The notes beneath the pieces were generated by a model, which was not told where the DNA came from, ran no database searches, and saw only the letters and a program-made list of their open reading frames with translations. A DNA stretch of 64,000 bases from assembly GCA_965217895.1 (NCBI GenBank), contig CBDCJV010000002.1:640001-704000 (forward strand), in the 5' to 3' direction. This document shows, one piece after another, positions 12,379-22,955 of this stretch. The position numbers and the translations under genes are program-made. This DNA comes from Waterburya sp. GTDB lineage: Bacteria > Cyanobacteriota > Cyanobacteriia > Cyanobacteriales > Xenococcaceae. Every line of letters starts with the position of its first letter. Position 1 is the first letter of the stretch.

Positions 12379-13089
12379 ATGACTCAGCTAAAACCACCCC
12401 AGAAATCAAGCAGTTTATCTTCAAAACAATCAAAGGAACTAAATTCTTCTGTATCTCCTTGGGTAGCCAAAATAATTTATCCCCTAGGATCTTATTTTGT
12501 GTTGCCTTTTTTCTTTAGCAAGATCCAAATTACTGGACAAGAGAACATTCCTCAAGATGACCCCGTTATTATTGCCCCAACTCATCGTTCTCGTTGGGAT
12601 GCCTTTATTGTTCCTTATGCAGTAGGAAGATTAGTAAGTGGCAGAGATCCTAGATTCATGGTTTCTGCCAATGAGGTCAAAGGAATACAAGGCTGGGTCA
12701 TTCGCCGTATGGGAGGTTTTCCTGTAGATACTGAACGTCCCCAACTCAACAGCGTGCGTCACAGTATTGAACTCTTGAAAAATGAGCGAGAAATGTTGGT
12801 TATTTTTCCTGAGGGGGGAATTTTTAACGACTATCAAATTCATCCCCTTAAAAGAGGTGTGGCAGCGATCGCCTTACAGGCAGAAACCAATAAATCAAAG
12901 AAAAAGGTTAAAATATTACCGATGGGGATTCGCTATAGCAAGCCTTATCCTACCTGGGGAACAGAGGTTAAAGTAGATATAGGCTCGCCTTTAACCGTAG
13001 CCGACTATCTCGATAGTTCATTACGTCAAAGCTCTTTAAAGCTAACTTCGGCTTTGGAGAAAAGTTTGAAGGAACTATATGAATCTTAA
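12379..13089 (+). CDS. plsC: 1-acyl-sn-glycerol-3-phosphate acyltransferase
   Basis: HRSRWD (HX4D) and IFPEG motifs. Confidence 0.85.
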   Translation: MTQLKPPQKSSSLSSKQSKELNSSVSPWVAKIIYPLGSYFVLPFFFSKIQITGQENIPQDDPVIIAPTHRSRWDAFIVPYAVGRLVSGRDPRFMVSANEVKGIQGWVIRRMGGFPVDTERPQLNSVRHSIELLKNEREMLVIFPEGGIFNDYQIHPLKRGVAAIALQAETNKSKKKVKILPMGIRYSKPYPTWGTEVKVDIGSPLTVADYLDSSLRQSSLKLTSALEKSLKELYES

Positions 13090-13357
13090 AATTGGATAGA
13101 GCAATCATAGATCGATAGTTGCGGATTGAGACTCACATAAAAACTGCTAAATTTTCGATTACTATGGAGAAACTTCATTTACTAAACTATTTGAAGCCAT
13201 AAATTGATCGATGAGTTTATAATATTTGTCTGAAAGTTACAGATTAAGATCGAGTTTATGTGATTGCTATTTGTATACAAGCTTTAGTAATCCTTAGTGT
13301 CCAAACATGACCTAATCTCCAAGAAATATGGAGTATGCTCAATAGTTCAAAATATCT

Positions 13358-15256
13358 ATGTCACATCCTGAGCCTGAAATACAATGCTCGAATCCTCAAT
13401 GCGCAACGTCTAACCAACTAGAGGCTCGTTGTTGTCGTCAATGTGATACTCCACTGATTAGAAGATATTTATGGAGCAACAAGACAGTATCTCCAGAACA
13501 CAAGCAAGCCTTAATTAACAGTAGATATTTAGCCTTAGGTACGCGAATCTGGCTCGATACTCAACCAAATAAACCCCCAATTACTCCAGAAGAAGTTCCT
13601 CAAGAAATTGTAGTTTATTTGCAGCTTTTTTCCTGTTATCCTCATATACCACAGGTGTATGGACTTTTAGATAGTACGGATGTTTGGCTGTTTGATTATG
13701 GTACTGTACCGAGCAATGCCAGAGGAAAACTAGATTATCCTCAGCAGCTTGTTCCTAAACTTGATTGTTTATGGTCTGAGGCTAACGCTTTTCAACAAAT
13801 CAGTTGGCTATGGCAGATAGCTAAACTCTGGAAACCTTTGTTTAATAAAAAAGTAGCTTCTACCTTACTGAATCCAGACCAAATCCGAATTAATGGACAA
13901 ATAGTTCAAGTTATTCAGCTACAGCAGGATCGTAATCTTCAGCCAACTTTAAGAGATTTGGGAAGTTTATGGTCGCAGTGGGCAAACAATGCCCGTCCTG
14001 AAATTAAGGAAGTGTTAAAACAAATTGCTTCTCGTTTGGAGACTGGCAAAATTGAGCAAGTTAGTCAAGTACTGGCACTATTAGATAAAGTAGCAGAACA
14101 ATGCAGCAAAGCCAGAAAGTACTCTTATCATATTTATGCTTTGAGTGATTCAGGACCTAATCGCTCAAACAATGAAGATGCAGCCTATCCTATCTATCAT
14201 CAACCAAATAAAATTAATGGATCACAAAGTTCCTTAGCCATTGTTTGTGATGGAGTGGGGGGACACGATGGTGGAGAAATTGCTTCTCAAGCAACCATCA
14301 AATATTTACACGATCAAATATCAGCCTTAAAGCCCAACGAGCAAGATCATAATCCTCGGAAAATATTAAAGCAGTTGACCAAATATATTAATGGGTCTAA
14401 TGATATCATTAGCGATCGCAATGATAGCGAACAGCGTCAGGAACGACAGCGCATGGGAACTACCCTGGTCATGACTCTTGCTTACGCCCATGAAATGTAT
14501 CTGGCTCACGTTGGTGATTCTCGTATTTATTGGATTACCCCCAATAGCTGTCATCAAGTAACTATTGATGATGATCTTGCTTCTAGGGAGGTGCGTTTGG
14601 GTTATGCAGTCTATCGAGATTCTTTGCAGTATCCTTCGGCGGGAGCTTTAATTCAGGCTATAGGCATGAGAGATTCAGCAGCACTCCACCCCAATTTACA
14701 ACACTATATGATTGACGGTGACTGTATTTTCTTACTTTGCACCGATGGTTTAAGCGATTTTGACCGAGTTGAACAACAGTGGCGACAAAAGATATTACCA
14801 GTTTTAGAAGGAACTCAAAATCTTACTAGCGCAGTTCATGATTTAATTGACTTTGCTAATCAAGTAAATGGTCATGACAATGTGACGGTGGCATTGGTTC
14901 ACTGTCAAGTAAAAGATCGGCTTAATGAAAAGATGACCGTATCTTGGTCGGATATTAAATATGCTCTCCAAGAAGCAAAACTTTGGTCACAGGATAATTC
15001 GACTAATTCTTCGGTAAAAGAGCAGAGTCTGGTTGATAATACATCGGTGACAACCGCCTTCCCCGAACAGCAAATTGGCGAACCGACAATTGGCGAGCCG
15101 CTAGCAGCGAAAAAACAATCAAAGTGGTCTAAACCCTTGATTCTAGCTTTAGCCACAGCTACCGTTGTCGGACTGATTGCCTTTGTCTTGCAAGATCGTA
15201 CTGACAAACCAAATAATGAACCATTGCCAGACTCAGCCGCAGAAATCAGACAGTAA
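13358..15256 (+). CDS. PP2C-family Ser/Thr phosphatase with N-terminal zinc ribbon, degenerate kinase-like region and C-terminal TM helix
   Basis: CxxxxC..CxxC; RSNNEDA, VCDGVGGH, HVGDSR, LCTDGL, GHDNVT. Confidence 0.88.
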   Translation: MSHPEPEIQCSNPQCATSNQLEARCCRQCDTPLIRRYLWSNKTVSPEHKQALINSRYLALGTRIWLDTQPNKPPITPEEVPQEIVVYLQLFSCYPHIPQVYGLLDSTDVWLFDYGTVPSNARGKLDYPQQLVPKLDCLWSEANAFQQISWLWQIAKLWKPLFNKKVASTLLNPDQIRINGQIVQVIQLQQDRNLQPTLRDLGSLWSQWANNARPEIKEVLKQIASRLETGKIEQVSQVLALLDKVAEQCSKARKYSYHIYALSDSGPNRSNNEDAAYPIYHQPNKINGSQSSLAIVCDGVGGHDGGEIASQATIKYLHDQISALKPNEQDHNPRKILKQLTKYINGSNDIISDRNDSEQRQERQRMGTTLVMTLAYAHEMYLAHVGDSRIYWITPNSCHQVTIDDDLASREVRLGYAVYRDSLQYPSAGALIQAIGMRDSAALHPNLQHYMIDGDCIFLLCTDGLSDFDRVEQQWRQKILPVLEGTQNLTSAVHDLIDFANQVNGHDNVTVALVHCQVKDRLNEKMTVSWSDIKYALQEAKLWSQDNSTNSSVKEQSLVDNTSVTTAFPEQQIGEPTIGEPLAAKKQSKWSKPLILALATATVVGLIAFVLQDRTDKPNNEPLPDSAAEIRQ

Positions 15257-15313
15257 AATTAACGCTACTTTCGGGTTAATAGCAATCAAAATAATTGAAT
15301 AGTTTGAACCTAT

Positions 15314-15381
15314 AGACGCGAAGCGCGTCTCGCCGTTGCTTCGCAACGGCGACAGCCCCCAGGTTGCATAACGGCTTCGCC
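15314..15381. repeat. Tandem GC-rich hairpins (SDR-like nested repeat; may also act as terminator)
   Basis: AGACGCG-AAG-CGCGTCT adjoining TCGCCGTTGC-TTC-GCAACGGCGA. Confidence 0.6.
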
Positions 15382-15464
15382 TTAAATCAAAAAACATAGT
15401 AGATAGTAGGTAGTTTTCTGTGGCTACGAACTACAAACTACAAACTACAAACTTAATGTTTAAT

Positions 15465-16229
15465 ATGTATTGGTATGAAGGGGAATTAATTAATTCCGAT
15501 CGCCTGCAACTCAATATTAATGAGCCAGGATTGCTTTATGGTGCCAATATTTTTACTACGCTGCGAGTATATGAAAAGTCATTGGAACACCCTCTTACCT
15601 ATTGGCAATCTCACTGCGATCGCCTTAGTCAGAGTTTGAGTACATTTCAATGGCAACAGCCTAATTGGCAAAATCTTAGTCAAGGGGCAAAAGAACTAGC
15701 TGCTTATTTTCCCGTCTTAAGAATGATGATATTTCCTGATGGTAAAGAACTAATCTCAGGGCGTAATTTGCCCTTAAACCTAAAGCAACGCCAAACTGAG
15801 GGGATAACTGCCTGGGTGGCTACGGGGAATTTATACAAAAGAGATTTAGCAAAGCATAAAACGGGTAATTATTTAGGAGCTTACTTAGCCCGAAATCAAG
15901 CCTTGAGCTTTAATGCCTCTGAAGCAATTTTAATTGATCGCCACCGAAATTGGTTAGAAACAAGTACTGGAAATCTTTGGGGTTGGCGAGATGGTTGTTG
16001 GTATACTCCCCGCTTAGATAGAGGAATCTTACCAGGTATAGAGCGATCGCATCTACTAAAGTTTTTCCAAAAGCAAAATATTCCAGTCAAAGAAAACCTT
16101 TGGACTCCTCAATTTACCAGAACCTTGGAAAGCATATTTTATAGTAATTGCGTCGTCAAAATGATACCAATAAAAGAAGTTTTGGATTCAGAGGAACATA
16201 TACATTACTCTATTGGCAATTTTCCTTAA
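15465..16229 (+). CDS. Class IV aminotransferase / 4-amino-4-deoxychorismate lyase-like
   Basis: GLLYGANIFTTLR, HKTGNYL, ETSTGNL, ILPGI. Confidence 0.85.
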   Translation: MYWYEGELINSDRLQLNINEPGLLYGANIFTTLRVYEKSLEHPLTYWQSHCDRLSQSLSTFQWQQPNWQNLSQGAKELAAYFPVLRMMIFPDGKELISGRNLPLNLKQRQTEGITAWVATGNLYKRDLAKHKTGNYLGAYLARNQALSFNASEAILIDRHRNWLETSTGNLWGWRDGCWYTPRLDRGILPGIERSHLLKFFQKQNIPVKENLWTPQFTRTLESIFYSNCVVKMIPIKEVLDSEEHIHYSIGNFP

Positions 16230-16341
16230 AGATTTATTACATGAAATATCAAAAAAAAGGATATAGATAAACCTTCCCCTAGTCTCCTAGTCCCCTAGTC
16301 TCCCCACCAGTCATCTGTAGCAAACTTTAACAGAAAAGATA

Positions 16342-18057
16342 TTACGTAGCGGTTAGTTCGTTAATAATCTGCTCTATTTCCAGAACAGCTTTTCCAAGTT
16401 CTGCCTCATTTGCCATTAATTGCTCCATTTGCGAAACTTGGTTATCAATAGCATCTAGAGCATCTTGTAATGGCTGTAGCTCTTGCTGATAAAAATCAAT
16501 CTGAGACTGTATCTGAACTACATCAAAATTCAATTTGCGCCAGGTGTCTTGCTGTTGAACTAAGGCTGACTCTAATTCGCTTTTTTCTGTCTGCTGCTGG
16601 TTTAATTTAGCTTCAAGGCTTTTAATATTCTCTTGGATTTGAGTTACTTCTTGAGCTAGTTCTTGCTGCTGCTGCTGTAGCTTTTGAGATTGTTTCTCCA
16701 ATCCCTGTTTAATAGGTGTCAAATCAACATCTTCAATTGCCGATTCAAGGTCAAAATCAATTATGCCCTGACGACGTTTAAGGACTCTAGAATGCTGTAA
16801 CAAAAAATTATGTCTTTCTTTAAGCGATCGCCGTTGACCAACTAGAGTTTGATCTAACATCTTTTTAGCCTCAAGCTCATCTGCTAATTCTTGCTCTAGA
16901 GTAAAACGCTCAAATTCTCCCATGTTCGCAATTTTAGCTTCTAGCTCTTCTACGGCTTTACACTGCCACCCTAGTTCCTCTTCCTGATCGTTGACAAATC
17001 GAGCCACCTTCTCCAAATCTTTTTTCAGGTTGGCTACCATATCCTCTAAATTTGGCAGAGGCATATTCTCTAGCTCTTCCAGGTTTACTCTAGAATCTGC
17101 ATTCGAGTCAGATTCAGAGCCAGCCAGCATCGATATCATGCTGTTTTGAGCTTCTGATTGAACATTAAGAAACTGCGTTAACTCTTGTTTAGCCTCTAAT
17201 GATTTTTGTTCAATACCTAATTGTCTCCCCATTTCGGCGATCGAAGCTATTAAAGACTGTATTTTTTGATTTTTCGTCGCTAGTTCCGTATCAGTAAGTT
17301 CTAATTCTTGACGTTTTATTTGCAAGTCCTGAGCATATAGCGTCAAATTTTGCCAGTGAGGTTGCAAAATCTCTTGTTGATTTTTAACTGCTTCAGCAGC
17401 TAAATTAAGCTTACTTTTAAAAGATTTATTAGAGTCTGTGACCATAGCTAAGACAGACAATTTTTCCTTAATTGTCACAGCCTGAGATTCATTCAATACT
17501 TTAGATTGTTTTAACTGCTCATCTAAATTTTGCTGCTGTCCTCGTAACTGTTCCCAAGCACCTTGAAGTTCTGCGCTTTTGGCTGCAAATTCTGCTCTGA
17601 CTTTTTCTGTTTCTGCTTTAGCTACTACAATTTCTTCTCTTTGCTGTTCAAACTGCTGAAACTCTTCTTCCATATGTTCGACTTGCTCAAGACGAGTTTC
17701 CATCTCCAGTTGTCGTATGCTTAATTCTTCACTTTGTCTTTCTAGTGACTCTTTCCACTGTTCAATTTCTTGTTCTTGATCCTTGGTCTTTTCCAAGAGA
17801 CGAGAAAAGTTCTTTAAAATACCAACAATTTTGGGAGAGGCTAATTCCATATTGCCCTGTATCTGACGGTTAACACCTAGGTTAACGGCAACTAAAGCAC
17901 CATCGCCAAAATCACTAGCATCATTAATCGCAATAGATTCATTGCCGACAACACTCCAGCTTTCATCGTTACGCTGACAAGCTATGAGCTTTAGCTTGGT
18001 GTCGGTACCGCCCATAAATCCCTTACTTTGTTTTTGTACTTCTGCCAGATATAGCAC
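16342..18057 (-). CDS. hmpF: Pilus motility/taxis coiled-coil protein HmpF
   Basis: Conserved N-terminus MLYLAEVQKQ, long coiled coil, divergent from the che-like pil cluster. Confidence 0.9.
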   Translation of the reverse strand: MLYLAEVQKQSKGFMGGTDTKLKLIACQRNDESWSVVGNESIAINDASDFGDGALVAVNLGVNRQIQGNMELASPKIVGILKNFSRLLEKTKDQEQEIEQWKESLERQSEELSIRQLEMETRLEQVEHMEEEFQQFEQQREEIVVAKAETEKVRAEFAAKSAELQGAWEQLRGQQQNLDEQLKQSKVLNESQAVTIKEKLSVLAMVTDSNKSFKSKLNLAAEAVKNQQEILQPHWQNLTLYAQDLQIKRQELELTDTELATKNQKIQSLIASIAEMGRQLGIEQKSLEAKQELTQFLNVQSEAQNSMISMLAGSESDSNADSRVNLEELENMPLPNLEDMVANLKKDLEKVARFVNDQEEELGWQCKAVEELEAKIANMGEFERFTLEQELADELEAKKMLDQTLVGQRRSLKERHNFLLQHSRVLKRRQGIIDFDLESAIEDVDLTPIKQGLEKQSQKLQQQQQELAQEVTQIQENIKSLEAKLNQQQTEKSELESALVQQQDTWRKLNFDVVQIQSQIDFYQQELQPLQDALDAIDNQVSQMEQLMANEAELGKAVLEIEQIINELTAT

Positions 18058-18881
18058 TATGCGCCTTCCTCTTGATTTTTTCTGTGCTGAAACTCAGAAA
18101 AATTAAGCTTTTCTAGTTTACTGTCGATTTGTTAAAACATCCAGATTAGAACCTAATTTAATCTAATAGAGTTTAGTGATTAATCAATTTTGATTTCCTT
18201 AGCATAACTAGCATTAGAATAGGTTGCCAATACTTTAGATCGAATATCGCTTTTAAGTTAAATTGCCAAGCACTAAATATCTTAACTATAAGTATCAATT
18301 AAGTTCGTCCGTTAATTAACTAGAGTTTACACATCTAAATTTTATTTATTATGTAATTTCAACTAGATTTATCTGGCAAATAAAGCAAAGTTATTTTAGG
18401 AGACACAAACGCCATCTATATTTATTAAAATGCTTTAAACATAAGCAATCTTTCATTAAAGCTCAAAATCTGACTTTATTAGTAATTTAATGCCAATAAA
18501 TTGTTTAAAATTTAATTTAATTAAAATACAAACTCGATCTTGTTTATGTTGATCGTGACGTGGCGATTGATTAAAAAGTAGAGTATATTCTGAAGCAAAG
18601 AGATTAGTAGTCTACTTTTTTATTGACTAATTCGCCTTACTCGATTAGAAAAATCTTGTAAGTTGAACCAAAGTTTAATCTCTGCTCAACTAATTAATTT
18701 TGATCGACTGAATGCAGCTTTAATAAAATGGAGGAATATATAGGAATATATGTGGTTAGTAAGTTATTCTCTTATGGGGTAATTACCAACTAGCAAATTA
18801 AGCAAAAAGTTTGATTTTTCCATATTTAATAAACTGCCAAGTAGATTTAAACTTGAATGTGACTTTTGTAGATAGCGTGTT

Positions 18882-19247
18882 ATGAGCAAAGTTCTAATCG
18901 TAGAAGATAGTTTGGCACAAAGACAGATGATTTCCGATCTTTTAAAAGGTAGCGGTTTAAAGGTGACTGTTGCTTGTGATGGCGTAGAAGCTTTGGAGCA
19001 TTTGGAATCATTTAGTCCTGACATAGTTGTTATGGATATTGTTATGCCCAGAATGAATGGCTATGAGCTATGTCGTCGTTTAAAATCAGATCCTAAAACC
19101 CAAAATGTTCCAGTAGTTATGTGTTCTTCTAAAGGAGAGGAATTCGATCGCTACTGGGGGATGAAGCAAGGCGCAGATGCTTACATTGCTAAACCTTTTC
19201 AGCCAGTAGAATTAATTGGCACCGTAAAACAACTGCTGCGGGCTTAA
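18882..19247 (+). CDS. pilH: CheY-like response regulator PilH/HmpB
   Basis: Single receiver domain (VEDS, DIVMP, KPF), FDRYWGMKQGADAY. Confidence 0.9.
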   Translation: MSKVLIVEDSLAQRQMISDLLKGSGLKVTVACDGVEALEHLESFSPDIVVMDIVMPRMNGYELCRRLKSDPKTQNVPVVMCSSKGEEFDRYWGMKQGADAYIAKPFQPVELIGTVKQLLRA

Positions 19248-19309
19248 GATTGCCATTTATATTCAATAATGTAACTAGCAGTGGTTGAGTAGTACATAAA
19301 AAAGAAATT

Positions 19310-19843
19310 ATGGTTAGTAATCCAGAACTGTATACGGATGATCTAGATTTATCTTTATCTTTAGATATACAGCCCTTAGAAAACCCAGAGGGTGAATTAC
19401 ATCTTCGTTTCTATCTGCCATCAGGAGAAGCTTGCGCTTTTCCCGCTACGGGTATTGCTGAGGTGATGCAGCAAACCCCAGATCAGATTGCGCCGATTCC
19501 TAATGCGTCGCCCTTATTGTTGGGGACGATTAATTTGAGAGGCAGAGTAATTTGGGTAGCAGATCTTGGTCAGTTTTTAGGAGATAAAGGAGTGCTGAAA
19601 ACAGACCGACCGACAATTCCTGTAATTGCGATCGAAGATCAAGAGCAAATACTAGGTTTAGCCATAAATAGTATTGGAGATATGGATTGGTTAAACGTGG
19701 AACAACTAAAAATCAATCATCCTTTATCAGACACTATGGCTCCTTTTGTTCAGGCTCAATGGCAGCCAGAAGACGAAAGTGATGTAGTCGTGAATTTATT
19801 AGATTCAGCAAAAATCTTGCGTTCGGCACGATGGGCAACCTAA
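19310..19843 (+). CDS. pilI: CheW-like protein PilI/HmpC
   Basis: LLGTINLRGRVIWVADL CheW motif; synteny. Confidence 0.9.
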   Translation: MVSNPELYTDDLDLSLSLDIQPLENPEGELHLRFYLPSGEACAFPATGIAEVMQQTPDQIAPIPNASPLLLGTINLRGRVIWVADLGQFLGDKGVLKTDRPTIPVIAIEDQEQILGLAINSIGDMDWLNVEQLKINHPLSDTMAPFVQAQWQPEDESDVVVNLLDSAKILRSARWAT

Positions 19844-20061
19844 GAATATAAATATACTGCGCATGATTAATTAATGCGTAGGTTTAAACTTATACTTACT
19901 TATACTTATTGGGCAATATTAATTAAAGAGAACATCATTATTTATTTTGACTTTCTTATTTTCTTATAAAAATTGACTGTCATTGACAGGTCTGAATTTA
20001 AAAGCAATATCATTCGTCAGCGCAAGTAACAAATAACTTAGATTAATTTGGCAAGAAGCAC

Positions 20062-22650
20062 ATGGCATCAGGAACTAACTATTCACAGGAATACGGACAA
20101 GCAGAAAAGGCTTATTTAGAAAGTAATTTTGCTCAAGCAGCAGAAATAATCGATCACTTAGCTGAAGAATTCCCCAACGATCCCAATGTCTTGTTGCTGC
20201 GAGGTCATATTTATTGTTATGGATTTCAAGACTACGATCTGGCTATACGACAATATGAAAACGTCTTAGAATTAAGCCAACAGAAAGATTTGCTTGATTT
20301 CGCCCGTAGTGGAATTGAACAGGTAGAGCAGCTACAGCAGTTAGATGAGCCAGAATTAGCTTTCGACCAAAGTAATTTTGCTCAGACAGAAATGCTGAAT
20401 ATAGGGCAGATTGACGAAGTAGAAGATTCAGTAGAAATTGATTTTTCTGACGACGAAGAATTTGCCAAAAGCTTTGGTGAAAATGATTTTGATCTCGACC
20501 AAGAATACGATTTGAAATTAGATGATGCTATAGAGTCAGATATTAAGCATAATCTTATTCCTGAAAGTGATAACTCTTACGAAAATTCTTTTGCAGAGTC
20601 GGGGTTGGAAGATGCTGAGGATTTGACATCAACTGATAATGATACTAGTTTAAGCAATCCTTTTGCGCAATTTGAGTCAGTGCCATCTCCAGAGTCTCAA
20701 AATTTGCCATCATCAGAACAACCAGGAATTCATACCAGCTCAACTTTTATGATAGATTCTGATGATGATGATTCACTTCCTGATTATACTGAAGAAGACT
20801 TTGCGATCGCCAATCAAAAGGAATACGAAAATGATTATGATGACAGTTCTGAATTAGAAATTGATACGGTTTTAACTGAACCATTCTCTATGGATGGCAG
20901 TGAAGAATATGGAATAGAAATGCCTGATGTTTCAGGTCAGGAGGGCTTGGATTATCAAGATGAACTAGAATTTGATGAAATTGACAGTAGCTTTTTTGAC
21001 CTGGAAGAATTAGAACAAGGGTTGCCTGATACTGGTTTGTTTAATGTTGCCGAAGAGCCAAGCAACGTTAGCATGAATTTATCTAACGATTTGGCTTCAG
21101 AAGCAAATGCTATTGGTGTTGATGAAGTTGCTATTAGTGAGATAGGAGCAGGAACGAATGCTTCAACCTCTTTGACAGCCGATAAAGAAGAACCGCAAGT
21201 AGAAGTTCAGCAAGGAGCTTTAGCTGGGTTTATTAATGCGCCGATTCAGAAAAAACAGTTGATTACGGCTGGAGTTACAGGAGTAGTTTCCGCGATCGCC
21301 GTTTTATTAATTGGCACCGCAGGTTCGGCTATTATTAATCCTAACCCTAACAGACCTTTTGAGGGTGCTAGAAATAGCCTGCTTTTAAGTTTAATTGCTG
21401 GAGTTACCAGTTTTGGGACAGCAGCCGCTTTGGGTAAAGTTACCGCTAAGCACGTAACCAAAGCTAGTCATAATTTACAGGCTCAGTTTGATGATGTCTA
21501 TCAGGGAAATCTCAACGCCAAAGCGACGGTATATGCTCAAGATGAATTTGGGCAGCTAGCTAGCGGTTTTAACCGCATGACTAGAGTTATTTTGACCACC
21601 ACTCAAGAAGCCCAAAGAAGAGCCGAAGAAACTGAACAGGCAAAAGAAGACCTTCAGCGTCAGGTAATCCGCCTCCTAGATGATGTAGAGGGCGCAGCTA
21701 GAGGAGATTTGACAGTCCAGGCTACCGTAACTGCCGACGTATTGGGCGCAGTGGCTGATGCTTTTAACTTAACCATCCAAAGTCTAAGAGAAATTGTCCG
21801 TCAGGTAAAAGAAGCAGCAGAACAGGTAAACAAAGGTTCTACCGATAGTGAACTGTTTGCTCGTAATCAATCTAGTGAAGCATTACGGATGGCAGAAGAG
21901 CTTGCTGTTACTTTGAATTCAGTGCAGATGATGACCGAATCGATTGAAAGGGTGGCAGATAATGCTCGTGAGGCAGAAGAAGTTGCCCGTTCATCTTCTG
22001 TAACTGCCCTTAAAGGCGGTAAAGCGGTAGAAAGAACAGTATCGGGAATTTTTCAGATTAGAGAAACAGTATCAGAAACTGCCCGTAAGGTAAAGCGTCT
22101 AGCTGAAGCATCTCAAGAAATCTCGAAAATTGTTCTATTGATTTCGCAAATTGCTGAAAGAACTAACCAGCTTGCACTTAATGCCTCAATTCAGGCAGCA
22201 AAAGCAGGGGAAGCAGGTCGTGGTTTTGCGGTAGTTGCCGATGAGGTGAGACAGCTAGCAGATAGATCGGGTAAATCTCTCAAAGAGATTGAGCAAATCG
22301 TACTGCAAATTCAAAGTGAAACGGGGTCGGTAATGACCGCTATGGAAGAAGGTATTCAAGAGGTAATTGACGTAACCGAAAGAGCAGAACAGGCAAAAAC
22401 TGCCCTAGAGGATATTATTCAAGTATCCAATCGTATTGATACTCTGGTGCGATCGATTACAGCCGATACAGTTGAACAAAGGGAAAACTCTCGTGCTGTG
22501 GCTCAAGTAATGCAGTCCGTAGAGCTAACGGCTCAGGCTACTTCCCAAGAGTCTCAAAGGGTTGGAGGCGCACTCCAAAATCTTGTGGGTATTGCTCGTG
22601 GTTTATTATCTTCAGTTGAAAGATTTCGTATTGATAAAGGTGATAAATAA
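20062..22650 (+). CDS. pilJ: Methyl-accepting chemotaxis protein PilJ/HmpD (TPR, acidic linker, 2 TM, HAMP, MCP signal domain)
   Basis: [33 protein letters not shown] signature. Confidence 0.92.
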   Translation: MASGTNYSQEYGQAEKAYLESNFAQAAEIIDHLAEEFPNDPNVLLLRGHIYCYGFQDYDLAIRQYENVLELSQQKDLLDFARSGIEQVEQLQQLDEPELAFDQSNFAQTEMLNIGQIDEVEDSVEIDFSDDEEFAKSFGENDFDLDQEYDLKLDDAIESDIKHNLIPESDNSYENSFAESGLEDAEDLTSTDNDTSLSNPFAQFESVPSPESQNLPSSEQPGIHTSSTFMIDSDDDDSLPDYTEEDFAIANQKEYENDYDDSSELEIDTVLTEPFSMDGSEEYGIEMPDVSGQEGLDYQDELEFDEIDSSFFDLEELEQGLPDTGLFNVAEEPSNVSMNLSNDLASEANAIGVDEVAISEIGAGTNASTSLTADKEEPQVEVQQGALAGFINAPIQKKQLITAGVTGVVSAIAVLLIGTAGSAIINPNPNRPFEGARNSLLLSLIAGVTSFGTAAALGKVTAKHVTKASHNLQAQFDDVYQGNLNAKATVYAQDEFGQLASGFNRMTRVILTTTQEAQRRAEETEQAKEDLQRQVIRLLDDVEGAARGDLTVQATVTADVLGAVADAFNLTIQSLREIVRQVKEAAEQVNKGSTDSELFARNQSSEALRMAEELAVTLNSVQMMTESIERVADNAREAEEVARSSSVTALKGGKAVERTVSGIFQIRETVSETARKVKRLAEASQEISKIVLLISQIAERTNQLALNASIQAAKAGEAGRGFAVVADEVRQLADRSGKSLKEIEQIVLQIQSETGSVMTAMEEGIQEVIDVTERAEQAKTALEDIIQVSNRIDTLVRSITADTVEQRENSRAVAQVMQSVELTAQATSQESQRVGGALQNLVGIARGLLSSVERFRIDKGDK

Positions 22651-22652
22651 AC

Positions 22653-22767
22653 TATAGCCGTACAAAGTTACGTTAGGACATATTTGGTTATCGGCTTGAA
22701 AGTAGCAAGTAGCAAGTAGCAAGTAGCAAGTTTATAAAATGTCCTAATCTTGATGCGTAATGCTATA
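22653..22767. mobile_element. MITE with TATAGC/GCTATA ends carrying (AAGTAGC)x4
   Basis: Inverted ends TATAGC..TTAGGACAT / ATGTCCTAA..GCTATA; first 18 bp identical to the copy at 41165. Confidence 0.65.
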
Positions 22768-22955
22768 CTTTTGCTAAAATAAGATTTTATTTTAAGTAAC
22801 GCGAGTTCGTATTGAAGCTAAAATCCATACTTTCCAGATACTCATAAAAATATCTTTAATCTCCAAATTTCCTTTATACTAATCTGTGCAATCAGATCAA
22901 AGGCTAAAAGCTAAAAGCTATCTAAACCGTTTAATTGTCTTAACCCAAACTCAGA

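Noticed and set aside
15071..15100. Imperfect 15-nt tandem duplication (IGEPTIGEP) in the PP2C linker
   Set aside because: Ordinary slippage in a disordered linker
20330..21200. Very acidic low-complexity region of the MCP
   Set aside because: Expected feature of cyanobacterial PilJ/HmpD
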